In this document: in pieces, positions 10,809-22,855 of the stretch
Layout of the letters: the number at the start of each line of letters is the position of its first letter
Numbering within the stretch: position 1 is the stretch's first letter
Assembly (NCBI RefSeq): GCF_004010195.1
Contig: NC_057717.1
Location: 107,124,062-107,163,824 of the forward strand
Length of the DNA stretch: 39,763 bases
Source of the DNA: Chiloscyllium plagiosum
Taxonomy: Eukaryota
Direction: 5' to 3'
Notes under the pieces: generated by a model
Databases searched by the model: none
What the model saw: only the letters and a program-made list of their open reading frames with translations
What the model was told of the DNA's origin: nothing
Translations under genes and position numbers: made by a program

Positions 10809-13800
10809 GAAAAACACATCAACTCGGCAAACAAATCTACGACCTCACCCACAACCCGAGTTACAATTCTTTTCAAAACCTCTAACATCATGATTTTAAA
10901 ATTCTCATTCTTGTTTTTGAAGACCTTCACAGCCTAGCTCTCTCCTTCCTCCAACCTCCAACCTCTTCATGTATCTGACAATTCTGAAAACACTTCAGAA
11001 AAGCTTTTGGTCATCTGACCTAATATTTTCTGATGTGACTTAGAGTCATTCTTCAATTGATGCTCCTGAAAACTGCCTTGGGACATTCCATTATGTAAAA
11101 TGTGCTACATAAATATAAGTTGTTGTTATACTTAATGTCTAGACAAGTCTTGAGTGGAGAAGCACTTTTGTAAATTTGTTCATGGAATATGATATTACTG
11201 GTCAACACTTAGTGCCAAATGCGAATTGACCTGGAGAAGGTGATGGCCAGGCACAATGACCTGGATGTTCTTGTTATGGACAATGGCTTAGATAATTCTG
11301 TGGATCTCACTGGAAAGTGTAGGTGTTAGGTAAGGACAGGAACAGGATCAGCAACAACACCTCTCTCCGTACAGCCAGACAGAATTTTATTCCTTCACAA
11401 TTTAGGTGAATGGAGCCATACCTCAGCAGACTTCAGGAAAGGAGGAAGAAGCATCAGTAGCAGGCTAAAACAATGAGAGGGTTAATGCTTCAGAGTCTGT
11501 GCCTTATTCCCCAAGCGAGTGCTCAATGCTGGAACACCATGACACAAAATCCTGTCTCTGATTAATTTCCTTGCTCTCGACATCTCTTCTGATTTATGGA
11601 AGCTGGGGCTGCTCAATAATAACTTTGATTCGTTTTTATTTTGCAATTTGTCAAAATGCATCACACAGATCTAAAAACAGCCTGAAACTAATCCCTGAAC
11701 AAGAGGCACTTTCGAAATTTCCTCAGCTGCAATTACCCGGAAACCTTTTAACTTATTTCCACAAAACTTGACAACGCAACTTGGATCAGACAGAATAACA
11801 GGACCACAATATCAAGTTCAATTCTTCCTGGTCCAGTTTGCATTCGAAAAGTTACTCCTTAACAAACTCCCTTGTTATCTGACAGAAACATTAAATCAAA
11901 ATCATGGAGATGTTGGAGAAGGTGTGCAGGGAGTCAGAAAACACCCAAAGACTGAGTTCACCAGAGACCCACTTGAGAACCAGATGTGTAAAGTGGGTGT
12001 TGTGGATAGTGCAGGTCAAATAGAAACCGAGAGACCATAAGGAAAAGGAGCAGGTGTTGACCATATGGGTGCTTAAGCCTACTCTGTCATTCAGTATAAT
12101 TGTGGCAGATCCCCTATCTCAACTCCACTTTCTCGCAAACTCTCCAAAATCCTCAATTCCCTGAGAAACAAAATATCTGTCTGTCCTCAGCCTTCAATGT
12201 ATTCAACAATGGAACATGAACAATCCTCTGGAAAAAGAGAAACCAAACACCTGCAACTCTTTGAGGGAAGTTATTTATCCTTATCTTAGTCTTAGTTCAA
12301 TTGTCCCTTATCCTGAGACTATTTCTTGTGTTCCAGCCATCCCAGCTAATGAAAACAATCTGTGTCTAACCTGTCAATCTCTCAGTATTTGGCTTGTCAA
12401 TCTTAGTGTTTACTCTGACGATTTCTCAGTGTCTTCTCTGTCTCTCAGTATCTACCCCATCAACTTCTGTGCCTACCCTGTCAGTCTCCCACGATACTCC
12501 CTGTCAGTCTCCGTGTTTACCTGTCCGTCTCTTAGTTTCTGTAAGACCATAAGGTATAGACCAGAAGACCCGAAGTGCCTGTTCCTGTGCTGTAAGGTTC
12601 TTTGTCCTTTGTATCTCGAAGCAGAATTAGGTGATCTGGCCCATCAAGCCTGCTCTGCCAATCCACTTCTGGCTGATATGTTTTTCAACCCCATTCTCCT
12701 GCCTTCTCCTCATAATGTTGAATCCCTTACTAATTAAGAATCTATCTATCTCTGCCTTAAATACACTCAATGACTTGGCCTCCACAGCCCTCCACATGAA
12801 CATCCATACAGTCACTATTCTTTGGCTGAGTAAATTCATTCTCATCTCAGTTCTAAAGGGTCATCCCTTCATTCTAAGGCTATGCCTTCTGGTCCGAGTC
12901 TCTCCCACGAGTGGAAATATCTTCTCCACATCCACTCTATCCAGGCCTCTCAATATTCTGTAAGTTTCAATGAGATTTTCCCCTCATCCTTCTAAACTCA
13001 ATCAAGTACAGACCCAGAGTCCTCAACTGCTCCTCATAAGACAGCCCTTCATTGCCAGGATCATTCTTGTGAATCCCCTCTAGATCCCCTCCAAGGCCAG
13101 CACATCCTTCCTTAGATACAGGCTCATAGTATTCCATATGTGAACTGACCAAAGCATTATTCAGCCTCAGCAGTAGATCTCTGCTCTTGTACTCTCACTC
13201 CCTCAAAATGAATGTTAACATTGCATTTACCTTCCTGACTGCCAATTGAACCTGCATGTTAACATTAAAAAGAATCCTGAACTCGGACTCCCAAATCACT
13301 TTCCAAAGCCTTTCCCCATTTAGAAAATAGTCTACACCCCTCTTCTTCCTGCCAAAGTGCATAACCTCTCACTTTATCACATTGTATTCCATCTGCACTT
13401 CTTTGCCCACTCTCCTGGCCTGTCCAGGTCCTTCTGCCGCCTCCTTGCCTCCTCAACACTACTTGTCCTTTAACCTATTTTTGTTAAGCTTAACAACAAT
13501 GCCTTCACTTCCCTTATTGAGGTCATTAATGCATAACATGAATAGCTGTGGTCCCAACATGGACCCTTGCGGAACTCCACTAGTCACCAGCTGTCATCCT
13601 GAAAAGACCCCTTTATCGCCACTCTCTGTCTTCTGCCAATCAGCCAATCCTCCATCCATACCAGTAGCTTGCCTCTAACACCATGGGCTCTTATTGTATT
13701 TAGCAGCCTCTTGTGCAGCACCTTGTCAAAGGCCTTCAGGAAATCCAACTAGATCATATCCACTGGATCTCCTTTGTCAAACTCACATGTTACTTCCTCA

Positions 13801-13872
13801 AAGACTTTTAACAAATTTGTCAGGGATGACCTCCCCTTGACAAAGCCATGCTGACTCAGTCCTATTTTACCA

Positions 13873-14213
13873 TGATTTGGAGATGCCGGTGTTGGACTGG
13901 GGTGTACAAGGTTAAAAATCACACAACACCAGGTTATAGTCCAACAGGTTTAATTGGGAGCACACTAGCTTTCGGAGCGACACTCCTTCATCAGGTGATA
14001 GTGGAGGACACAATTCTAAGGCACAGAATTTATAGCAAAAATTTACAGTGTGATGTAACTGAAATTATACATTGAAAAATACCTTGATTGTCTGTTGAGT
14101 CTTCATCTGTTCGAATACCATGATAGTTTCACTTCTTTCATGTGTAAATCACAAAACCCTTCTTTTTTAAAAGATGCATTCTCAGGTTAGCTGTAACAAT
14201 GAGTGTTAGCTAG
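13873..14213 (-). mobile_element. Penelope-like terminal repeat (family A)
   Basis: tgatttggagatgccggtgttggactgggg... shared with 16036-16330, 16417-16633 and 18779-18998. Confidence 0.8.
13963..13997 (-). ncRNA. Minimal hammerhead ribozyme, family A, intact core
   Basis: Minus strand: CAC CTGATGA a GGAGtgtcgCTCC GAAA GC TA GTG. Stem I CAC/GTG, palindromic AGCT stem III, CUA triplet. Confidence 0.75.
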
Positions 14214-14558
14214 GCAAGTACTCTGCAATCTCATCCTTAATAATGGGCTCTAAGATCTTAGGAACAACTAAGATTTCTGTTTTCTGTCTCCCTCGCTTCT
14301 TAAACAGGGGTTAGGATTATACTACCATAATATCTACCCTGTCAGTCTCCCTGTATCTACCTCATTAATCTCTCAGTATTTGCCCTGTCAGTCTCTCAGA
14401 ATCTACACGACCAAACCCCTTCTGAATCTTGAATGCTTTTAGACTTATTGAATTTACTCAGCTTCTTTTCTAAGAACAATATTTCTGGCCAAGGAACAAT
14501 TTCGTGAACAAGAATGACAGAGACAGATATAGAGTCAGCAATGGGGAGACATAGCAAA

Positions 14559-14586
14559 AGAGAGAGAGAGAGAGAGAGAGAGAGAT
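14559..14586. repeat. (AG)n microsatellite
   Basis: Direct inspection. Confidence 0.9.
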
Positions 14587-15349
14587 AAAACAAGTTAACA
14601 GTTCCACTACAAAGAGAGATAAGAATGGGGGGAGAATAATTCAACAGTAAGACATTGCATCAGATTACAGAGAACATGAGAAACTGCCAAAGAAGTTGAG
14701 CATCAACCCTACTGAGAGAGAGGATAGTCATACCGTAGAAGGTGAGAAAAATGGATGTTTGTCTGTGTTAAACTTGTATTCTTATAATGCTAGATTCAGC
14801 ATGTAAAGGGTTAGTTGCTGAGGCTGTACAGAGAAATCTATCATTCTGAACTATACTGTTTGTCTATTAGATCTACCTGGCAATGTAAGTTTATTGATGC
14901 TCACAGAATAGTGATTCTGAGATATCGATTTAGTTATCCCGAGGGATGTTGTTATTTACGATCTGAAACATCTCATAATGTTCCTGAAGATGGTTTCATT
15001 GACCTGAAAAATACAATTACAATACCCACCAGAGCCTCTGTCTTCATTCACTCTTCTCTGTCTCTGTGGTGGGATGCTGAGCAGTCTCCTCACCCTCTGA
15101 TTCTCTCTTGGATTTGACACATAACTGTTCTCTTTCTGTACCTCTCCCTCTCTCTGGTGGGACAGCAGATTTGTTTGTCCACTGCACTCCCCTCCTCCGC
15201 CCCCCCCCCCCCCCCGCCCCCCCAGCCTCTATCTGTACTGATTGTCTACAGTTTTCTTCTTTTTGAACTTTGTAAGGGAGAGTGGAGCCAGTCCGTCACA
15301 TCAAAGATCAGATCTTTTATCCAGAATAAGTGACTGGTTGACGGATAAT

Positions 15350-16035
15350 CATAGAACAAACAGAGAACAGTACAGCCCAGAACAGGCCCTTCCACCCTCC
15401 ATATCTGTGCTGACCATAAAGTTATTTTAAACGAATCCCATCTGATTGAAAACAGTCTCTACCTCGTTATTCTCTGTCTGTCTCAATGCCTCTTACACTT
15501 CACTATCATATCTGCTTCTACTGCCTTCCCCGACAGTGCATTCCACTTCCTTCTGTATAAAATAAAAGCCCTCACATTGTTTTTAAACTTTCCTCCTGTC
15601 ACCTTAAACTTATGTCCCAAAGATTTGACATTGCCACCCTGGGGAAGAGATTCCAATTATCCAACCTATCCATGTCTCTCAATTTTATAAATTTCTTTCA
15701 GGTCATCCCCTCAGCCTCCCACGCTCTAGCGAAAGCAATCCAAGTTTGCCCAGCCTCCCATTAGAACTAATACAGTCCAATCCAAGCAACATCCTGCTAA
15801 ATCTTTTCTGCACCCTCTCCAAAGTCTCCGCAACCTTCCTATAGTACGACAATCAGAACTGTGCATAGTACTCCAAACTCAACAACTTTTATACTCAGTG
15901 TCTTAAACAGTACAGACAAGCATGCCTAATGCCTTCTTTACCACTTTATCCACTTGTGTGCCACTTTCAGGGAGCTATGGACTTTGGCCCCAAGATCCTT
16001 CTGTATATCACTGCTCCATTTATTGTATACTTTCT
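15350..16035 (-). mobile_element. CR1 LINE 3' part; continues at about 19000-19340 after a Penelope insertion
   Basis: Tail catagaac..agaacagtacagc; collinear CR1 RT sequence resumes at 19000 (ISKFADD in ORF 19042..19305). Confidence 0.8.
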
Positions 16036-16470
16036 TGATTTGGAGATGCTGGTGTTGGACTGGGGAGGACAAAGTTAAAAATTACACAACACCAGGTTAT
16101 AGTCCAACAGGATTATTTGGAAGCTCCAGTTTTTGGAGCCCTGCTTCTTCATCAGGTGGTTGTGGAGAATAAGATTGTAAGACACAGAATTTATAGCAAA
16201 AGGTTAACAGAGTGATGTAACTGAAATGATATGTTGAAAAAGACCTGGATTGTTTGTCAAGTCTCTCATCTTTTAGAATGAACATGTTGGTTTCACTTCT
16301 TTCATATGTAAATTGCAGAACGTTTTTAAAGTGAACTTTAACTTTGGTGTCATGTCAGCCCAGATAATGCACTGAAGGTGTGAGGTGCCCTGTGTGAGAC
16401 TGTGTCATAATGTTCAAAGTTAAAAATCACACAACACCAGGTTACAGTCCAACAGGTTTAATTGGAAGCA

Positions 16471-16505
16471 CACTAGTTTTCGGAGCAACGCTCCTTCATC
16501 AGGTG
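16471..16505 (-). ncRNA. Minimal hammerhead ribozyme, family A
   Basis: Minus strand: CAC CTGATGA a GGAGCgttGCTCC GAAA AC TA GTG. Confidence 0.65.
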
Positions 16506-16507
16506 AT

Positions 16508-16543
16508 CACCTGATGAAAGGACCGTTGCTCCGAAAGCTAGTG
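16508..16543 (+). ncRNA. Minimal hammerhead ribozyme, family A
   Basis: CAC CTGATGA aa GGAcCgttGcTCC GAAA GC TA GTG. Confidence 0.65.
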
Positions 16544-17060
16544 TGCTTCCAATTAAACCTGTTGGACTGTAACCTGGTGTTGTGTGATTTTTAACTTTGT
16601 ACACCCCAGTCCAACACCGGCATCTCCAAATCATAATGTTCAGGCTGATTCTAATCTAAAAGATGGATTTACAGAACCTTACATGGATTTATGCAGTTTT
16701 TGAGCAAAATAAAATTTAATTCTGCAAACATAGATTCACCCCACAAACTTGTGTGTTTGTGTGTGTGTGTGTGTGTTGATGAGTGTCTGTATGTGTGTAA
16801 GTATGAGTGTAAAGGGGTATAAGTCTGTAAGAGGGTGTGTGGGAGTGTATGTGTGAGCATATGGGAGACAGTTTGTGCATGAGAGACGGTCTGCATAAGT
16901 GTCTGTGTCTGTAGGAGTATGTGTGCGTAGGAGTGCCTGTGTGTGTGTGTGCGTGCAGTACAGTGGGGTCACCTGTAGTGTGACATGAACCCAAGGTCCT
17001 GGTTGAGGCCATCCCCATGGGTACCGAACTTAGCTATCAGCCTCTGCTTGGCCACTTTGC

Positions 17061-17270
17061 ATTCCCCATTGTACTCTATGCTACTTTCTCCCCACCCCCA
17101 CCCTCTTCTCACTTATCTCTCCACGCTCCAGGCTCACTGCCTTTATTTTTGATGAAGGGCTTTTGCCCGAAACGTCGATTTCGAACCCTTGGATGCTGCC
17201 TGAACTGCTGTGCTCTTCCAGCACCACTAATCCAGAATCTGGTTTCCAGCATCTGCAGTCATTGTTTTTA
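17061..17270 (+). mobile_element. Solo family-B Penelope-like terminal repeat with hammerhead-like motif (17149-17176) and 9-bp TSD
   Basis: TTGATGA aGGGCttttGCCC GAAAC GTC; TSD ccactttgc at 17052-17060 and 17271-17279. Confidence 0.8.
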
Positions 17271-18030
17271 CCACTTTGCGTTGTTGCCTGACCCAAAGTC
17301 TGCCTTGGAGGATGGTCACCCGAAAGTCCGAGGTCGAATTTCCTGGACAGCTGAAGTGTTCTCCGACTGGGAGGAAGCACTCCAGTCTGTTGATTGTTGT
17401 GCGGTGCGCATTCATCTGTTGCCGTAGCCTCTGCTCTGTCTCGCCAATGTGCTATACCTCGGGGCATCCTTGCCTCCAGCTTTTGAGATAGACAATGTTG
17501 GCTGAGTCGCATGAGTACCTGCCATGTACACGGTGGGAGGTGTCCTCACGCGTAATGGTGGTATCCGTGTTGACACTCTGAGACATCTTGTAACGTCTAC
17601 TGTGACACGGTTGTATGGTGTTGTCCTGAGATTCGTAGCAAACTGCCCGGCTTTTAGGACAATACCACGTGTCATGTTAGATGTTGCAAGATGTGTCAGA
17701 TTGTTGACACGGTTACCACAAGTAAGCATGGGGACACCTCCCACCATCTACATGGCAGGTACTCATGTGACTCAGCCAACGTTGTCTATCTCATACATTG
17801 CAGGCAAGGATGCCCTGAGGTATGGTACATTGGTGAGACCAAGGAGAAGCTACCTCAACGGATGAATGGACACCTCACAACAATCAACAGACAGAAGTGC
17901 TCCCTCCTAGTCAGAGAACACTTCAGCGGTCTGGGAAATTCGACCTCGGACCTTCGGGTGACTGTCCTCCAAGGCGGACTTTGGGACAGGCAACAACGCA
18001 AAGTGACCGAGCAGAAGCTGATAGCCAAGT

Positions 18031-18776
18031 ACCAAAATTGGAGGTGTAGTGGACAGCGAAGAGGGTTACCTCAGATTACAACAGGATCTGGACCAGATGG
18101 GCCAGTGGGCTGAGAAGTGGCAGATGGAGTTTAATTCAGATAAATGCGAGGTGCTGCATTTTGGGAAAGCAAATATGAGCAGGACTTATACACTTAATAG
18201 TAAGGTCCTAGGGAGTGTTGCTGAANNNNNNNNNNNNNNNNNNNNNNNNNNNNNNNNNNNNNNNNNNNNNNNNNNNNNNNNNNNNNNNNNNNNNNNNNNN
18301 NNNNNNNNNNNNNNNNNNNNNNNNNNNNNNNNNNNNNNNNNNNNNNNNNNNNNNNNNNNNNNNNNNNNNNNNNNNNNNNNNNNNNNNNNNNNNNNNNNNN
18401 NNNNNNNNNNNNNNNNNNNNNNNNNNNNNNNNNNNNNNNNNNNNNNNNNNNNNNNNNNNNNNNNNNNNNNNNNNNNNNNNNNNNNNNNNNNNNNNNNNNN
18501 NNNNNNNNNNNNNNNNNNNNNNNNNNNNNNNNNNNNNNNNNNNNNNNNNNNNNNNNNNNNNNNNNNNNNNNNNNNNNNNNNNNNNNNNNNNNNNNNNNNN
18601 NNNNNNNNNNNNNNNNNNNNNNNNNGATGGATATATGAATAGGAAGGGTTTGGAGGGATATGGGCCGGGTGCTGGCAGGTGGGACTAGATTGGGTTGGGA
18701 TATCTGGTCAGCATGGATGGGTTGGACCGAAGGGTCTGTTTCCATGCTGTACATCTCTATGACTCTATGACTCTAT
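18031..18776 (+). mobile_element. 5'-truncated CR1 LINE spanning a gap, with (GACTCTAT)n tail
   Basis: Translation DSEEGYLRLQQDLDQMGQWAEKWQMEFNSDKCEVLHFG; tail ctctatgactctatgactctat. Confidence 0.9.
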
Positions 18777-18913
18777 AACTGAAACCAACATGTTCATTCT
18801 AAAAGATGAGAGACTTAACAAACAATCCAGGTCTTTTTCAATATAATATTTCAGTTACATCACACTGTAAACTTTTGCTATAAATTCTGTCTTACGATCT
18901 TATATTCCACAAC

Positions 18914-18948
18914 CACCTGATGAAGGAGCAGCGCTCCAAAAGCTAGTG
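18914..18948 (+). ncRNA. Hammerhead motif, family A, core GAAA mutated to AAAA
   Basis: CAC CTGATGA a GGAGCagcGCTCC aAAA GC TA GTG. Confidence 0.55.
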
Positions 18949-18999
18949 CTTCCAAATAAACCTGTTGGACTATAACCTGGGGCTGTGTGATTTGTAACT

Positions 19000-19340
19000 G
19001 TAAACATTCCTGTTGCCTTCTATCTCCCTAAACGTATCACCTCACACTTTATGTGTAATCCCCCCCATCTGCCATTTCTTCGTCCACCCTTCCAACTGAT
19101 CTATATCCAGCTGCATCCTTCGATAACCTTCCTCACTATCTACAGCTCCACTAATTTTCTTGTCGTCTGCAAACTTACTAATCAGATCAGCTACGTTTTC
19201 ATCCAAATCATTTATATATATATCATAGACAACATAGGTCCGAGCACTGATCTTTGCTGAACACCACTGGTCACAGACCACCAGCCAGAAAGCACCCCTC
19301 CACAATTACCTTCTGTCTTCTAAGGCCAAGGCAATTTTGA
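19000..19340 (-). mobile_element. CR1 LINE RT fragment
   Basis: ORF 19042..19305 IYINDLDENVADLISKFADD. Confidence 0.85.
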
Positions 19341-19714
19341 GTCTTGAGCCTTTTATGATTTTGATAGGCTGGAATCTTAGGTGATTCAATGTTTGTTGGG
19401 GAGAGACTCCGTCTCACAAACTTATGTTGGTAGGTCATTTAAGAATAATGAACTAACAGAATAAACTGGAACAATAGGTGAATGAACTTTCAATAGCCTG
19501 ACAGAACATAATCAATGTGTGAGTAGGTTAGCCTCCAATTGGGTTGCCTGTTCTAGAGTTCATTAAGTTGACTACTCCCTGAATCATACTATCATTTATT
19601 TAGATATTAGGCAGAAAAGAGTGCATTCTGGATCAATGTTTGGCCTAAAATTTTCTATCCACGTGAAAAATATTCTGGCGCTCATATAACAAGCAACATG
19701 CACCACCCGTAAGA

Positions 19715-20170
19715 ATATCAGAAACAGAAACAGGATTGTGCCACTCGGCCCCTTGAGCCTGCCCTGCCATTAAACAAGATCAGGGTTGATCTGTTCCAGG
19801 GCTCCATTCCTTTTGCTCACCAGCTCTCCATAGCCCTCAACTCCTCAATAAATCAAAAATTCACCCGTCTTTAAATACTTTCAGTGATCTAACCTCCTCA
19901 ACTCTCTGTGCTAGAGAATCCCAGGTTTTCACGATGTTCTGACAGAAGGCATTCCTTCACATCTCGGTTTTAAATGAGCACTCCTTTATTCTGTAACTCG
20001 GTCCCCTAGCTTCAGATTCCTGCACCCGATCAAGCTCCCTCAGAATCATGTATATTTCAATAAGATCACTTCTCATTCTTCTTAACTCAAAGGAATAAAA
20101 CACCTAACCTGTTTAATCCTTCATGATAAGTCAATTCTTTCCTCCTAGGTATCAGCCTAATGGAATTCTT
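19715..20170 (-). mobile_element. Old CR1-type 3' fragment
   Basis: taagaatatcagaaacag...gccactcggccccttgagcctg reversed tail signature. Confidence 0.6.
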
Positions 20171-20894
20171 TTCAGATTATATACACGTAAAATATATTTT
20201 TACATGAAAAATAAGGAAAGAATCTCACCCCAAGCTATTGGCACAGTAACATGCTAATCCACAATTTATAAGGCTTATGAATTTAATTTTAAATTTACCT
20301 TTGTGGCAGTTGAACTCATGACCTTTCTGTTTTAAGCTCTGTACTATAACCACTGCTAGCTATTACTATGCATGTGAAAGGTATTAGTTGTCGTAGTTGT
20401 GGGTATATTTGCTGAGCTGGTGAGTTTTTATATTGCAGCTTGTATTTTAGCATATCTTATATTTTTTAATTCTTTCATGAGATGTATATGTCACTGGCAA
20501 GCCTCGTACTTGCTGCCCAACCTCAATTGCAATGGAACAGAATGACTTGTTAGAATATTTCAGAGGGCAGGACGGAATCAACCATATTGCTGTGGGCTTG
20601 GAATCGCATGTAGGCCAGATCAAGTAAAGATTTCAGATTTCAGTTCTTGTCACCCTGCTATAGGAAGATTGCTATTAAATTCGGAAAGGGTGCAGAAAAG
20701 CTTTGTAAGGGTGTTAATGGGATTGGAGGATTTGAGCTGTGAGGAGAGGATGGATAGGCTGGGACTTATTTCTCTGGAGCCTGGGTTGAGGGGTAACTTG
20801 CGAGTCATACTGCTATACAGCATGGAAACAGTGCCTTCGGTCCAACTCACCCATGCCGACTAGATATCCTAACTAAATCTCGCCCCATTTAACA

Positions 20895-22630
20895 CAGAGC
20901 ATAAAACATTATAGCGAATGGCAGGCCTTTTGACCCTCATGTTGCATTGACCTGTGAAACCAATCTGAAGCCAATGTAACCTATGCTATTCCATTTTCAA
21001 CCATAGGCCTATTCAATGACCATTTAAATGCCCTTAACTTGGCAAGTCCAATACTGTTGCAGACAGGGCATTGTACACCCCTACGACTCTGAGTAAAGAA
21101 ACTACCTCTGACATCTTTCTTATATCTATCACCCGTCAATTTAAAGCTATGTCCCCTTGTGCTAGCCATCACCATCCGAGGAAAAAGACTCTCACTGTCC
21201 ACCCTACCTAACCCTCTAATTATCTTGTATGTCTCAATTAAGTCACCTCTCATCTTTCTTCTCTCTAACGAAAACAGCCTCAAGCCCATCAGCCTTTCCT
21301 CATAAGACCTTCCCTCCATACCAGGTAACATCCTGGTAACTCTCCTTTGAACCCTTTCCAAAGCTTCCACATTCTTCTGATAATGTGGTGATCAAAATTG
21401 TACACAATACTCCAACTGCGGCCGCACCAGTGTTTTGTACAGCTGCAACATGACCTCGCGGCTCCGAAACTCAATCCCTCCACCAATAAAAGCTAACACA
21501 TCATACGCCTTCTTAACAACCCTATCAACCTGGGGGGCAACTTTCAGGGATCTATGTACCTGGTCACCGAAATCTCTCTGTTCATCTACACTACCAAGAT
21601 TCTTACCATTAGCCCAGTACTCTGCATTCCTGTTGTTCTTTCCAAAGTGAATCACCTCACACTTTTCTGCATTAAACACCATTTGCCACCTCTCAGCCCA
21701 GCTCTGCGTTTTATCTATGTCCCTCTGTAAACTACAACATCCTTTGGCACTATCGACAACTCCACCAACCAAATTTATTAACCCATCTTTCAATGCCCTC
21801 ATCCAGGTAATTTATAAAAATGACAAACAGCAATGGCCCCAAAACAGATCCTTGCGGTACACCACGAGTAACTGAACTCCAGGATAAACATTTCCCATCA
21901 GCCACCACCCTCTGTATTCTTACAGCTAACCAATTTCTGATCCAAATTGCTAAATCACCCTCAATCCCATGCCTCTGCATTTTCAACATTAGCCGACCGT
22001 GGGGAACCTTATCAAATGCCTTGCTGAAATCCATATACACCACATCAACCGCTTTACCCTCATCCACCTGTTTGGTCACCTTCTCAAAGAACTCAATAAG
22101 GTTTGTGAGGCATGGCCTACCCTTCACAAAACCATGTTGACTATCCCTAATCAAATTATTCCTTTCTAGATGATTATAAATCCTATCTCTTATAATCTTT
22201 TCCAACACTTTACCCACAACCGAAGTAAGGGTCACTGGTCGATAATTATCAAGGTTGTCTCTACTCCCCTTCTTGAACAAGGGGACAACATTTGCTTTCC
22301 TCCAGTCTTCCTACATTATTCTTGCAGACAATGATGGCATAAAGATCAAAGCCAAAGGCTCTGCAATCTCCTCCCCAGCTTCCCAGAGAATCCTGGGATA
22401 AATCCCACCTGGCCCAGAATTGCTAACACCTCCTCCTTGTGAACCTCAATCCCGTCCAGTAGCCTGTATCTCAGTATTCTCCTTGACAAGATTGTCTTTT
22501 TCTAGTGTGAATACTAGCGAAAAGCATTCATTTAGCACTTCTCCTACCTTCTTGGACTCCATGTACAACTTCCCACTACTATCCTTAATTGGCCCTAATC
22601 TTACTGTAGTCATTCTTTTATTCCTGACAG
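20895..22630 (-). mobile_element. CR1 LINE, frameshifted reverse transcriptase remnant
   Basis: ORFs contain NYRPVTLTSVVGKVLE, YMDFSKAFDKVPH, GVPQGSVLGPLLF and LYKTLVRPQLEYCVQF. Confidence 0.93.
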
Positions 22631-22822
22631 CACTTGGCCCATATCTCTCTAAACCCTTCCTACTCATATACTCATCTGGTTGCTTTTTAAATGTTGTAAT
22701 TATACCAGGCTTTACCACTTCCTCTAGGAGAAAGTGAGGACTGCAGATGCTGGAGATCAGAACTGAAAATATGTTGCTGGAAAAGCGCAGCAGGTCAGGC
22801 AGCATCCAAGGAGCAGGAGAAA

Positions 22823-22855
22823 TCGACGTTTTGGGCATGAGCCCTTCTTCAGGAA
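22823..22855 (-). ncRNA. Hammerhead motif, family B, GAAA mutated to AAAA
   Basis: Minus strand: ttc CTGAAGA aGGGCtcatGCCC aAAAC GTC ga. Confidence 0.5.

Larger units (their letters stand above)
10347..10883. mobile_element. Palindromic Penelope-like insertion (family D) with 12-bp TSD
   Basis: 10347-10555 is inverted to about 10640-10846. Remnant reading REFLEAWHS..SINKHMELDPMYKPL. TSD aacaccatgatt (10335-10346) / aacatcatgatt (10884-10895). Confidence 0.85.
10140..11130 (+). mobile_element. Old L2-type LINE 3' fragment interrupted by a Penelope-like insertion
   Basis: ctcatcca...ctccataaacttgaagttattcaaaactctgctgcc and the tail tgtgctacataaatataagttgttgtt. Confidence 0.55.
12541..14315 (-). 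mobile_element. CR1 LINE 3' portion (RT remnant and tail), interrupted at about 13873-14213
   Basis: Minus-strand QKAFDKV and VPQGS-like motifs around 13560-13740; tail taagaccataag. Confidence 0.85.
16417..16630. mobile_element. Miniature palindromic double-hammerhead insert with 12-bp TSD
   Basis: Arms of about 90 bp centred on gtgatcac (16503-16510); TSD tcataatgttca at 16405-16416 and 16631-16642. Confidence 0.88.
16036..18998. mobile_element. Large inverted-dimer Penelope-like element (family A) with GIY-YIG remnants on both strands and three nested insertions
   Basis: Terminal repeats 16070-16300 and 18779-18998 are inverted. GIY-YIG reading YSCDSANVVYLIHCRQGCPEVWYIGETKEKLPQRMNGH (+, 17691-18030) mirrored on - at about 17280-17620. 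Inversion axis about 17630-17655. Confidence 0.85.

Noticed and set aside
21392..22280. Reverse-transcriptase ORFs as an active or novel RT system
   Set aside because: Ordinary frameshifted, truncated CR1 remnants; the FADD catalytic motif is disrupted.
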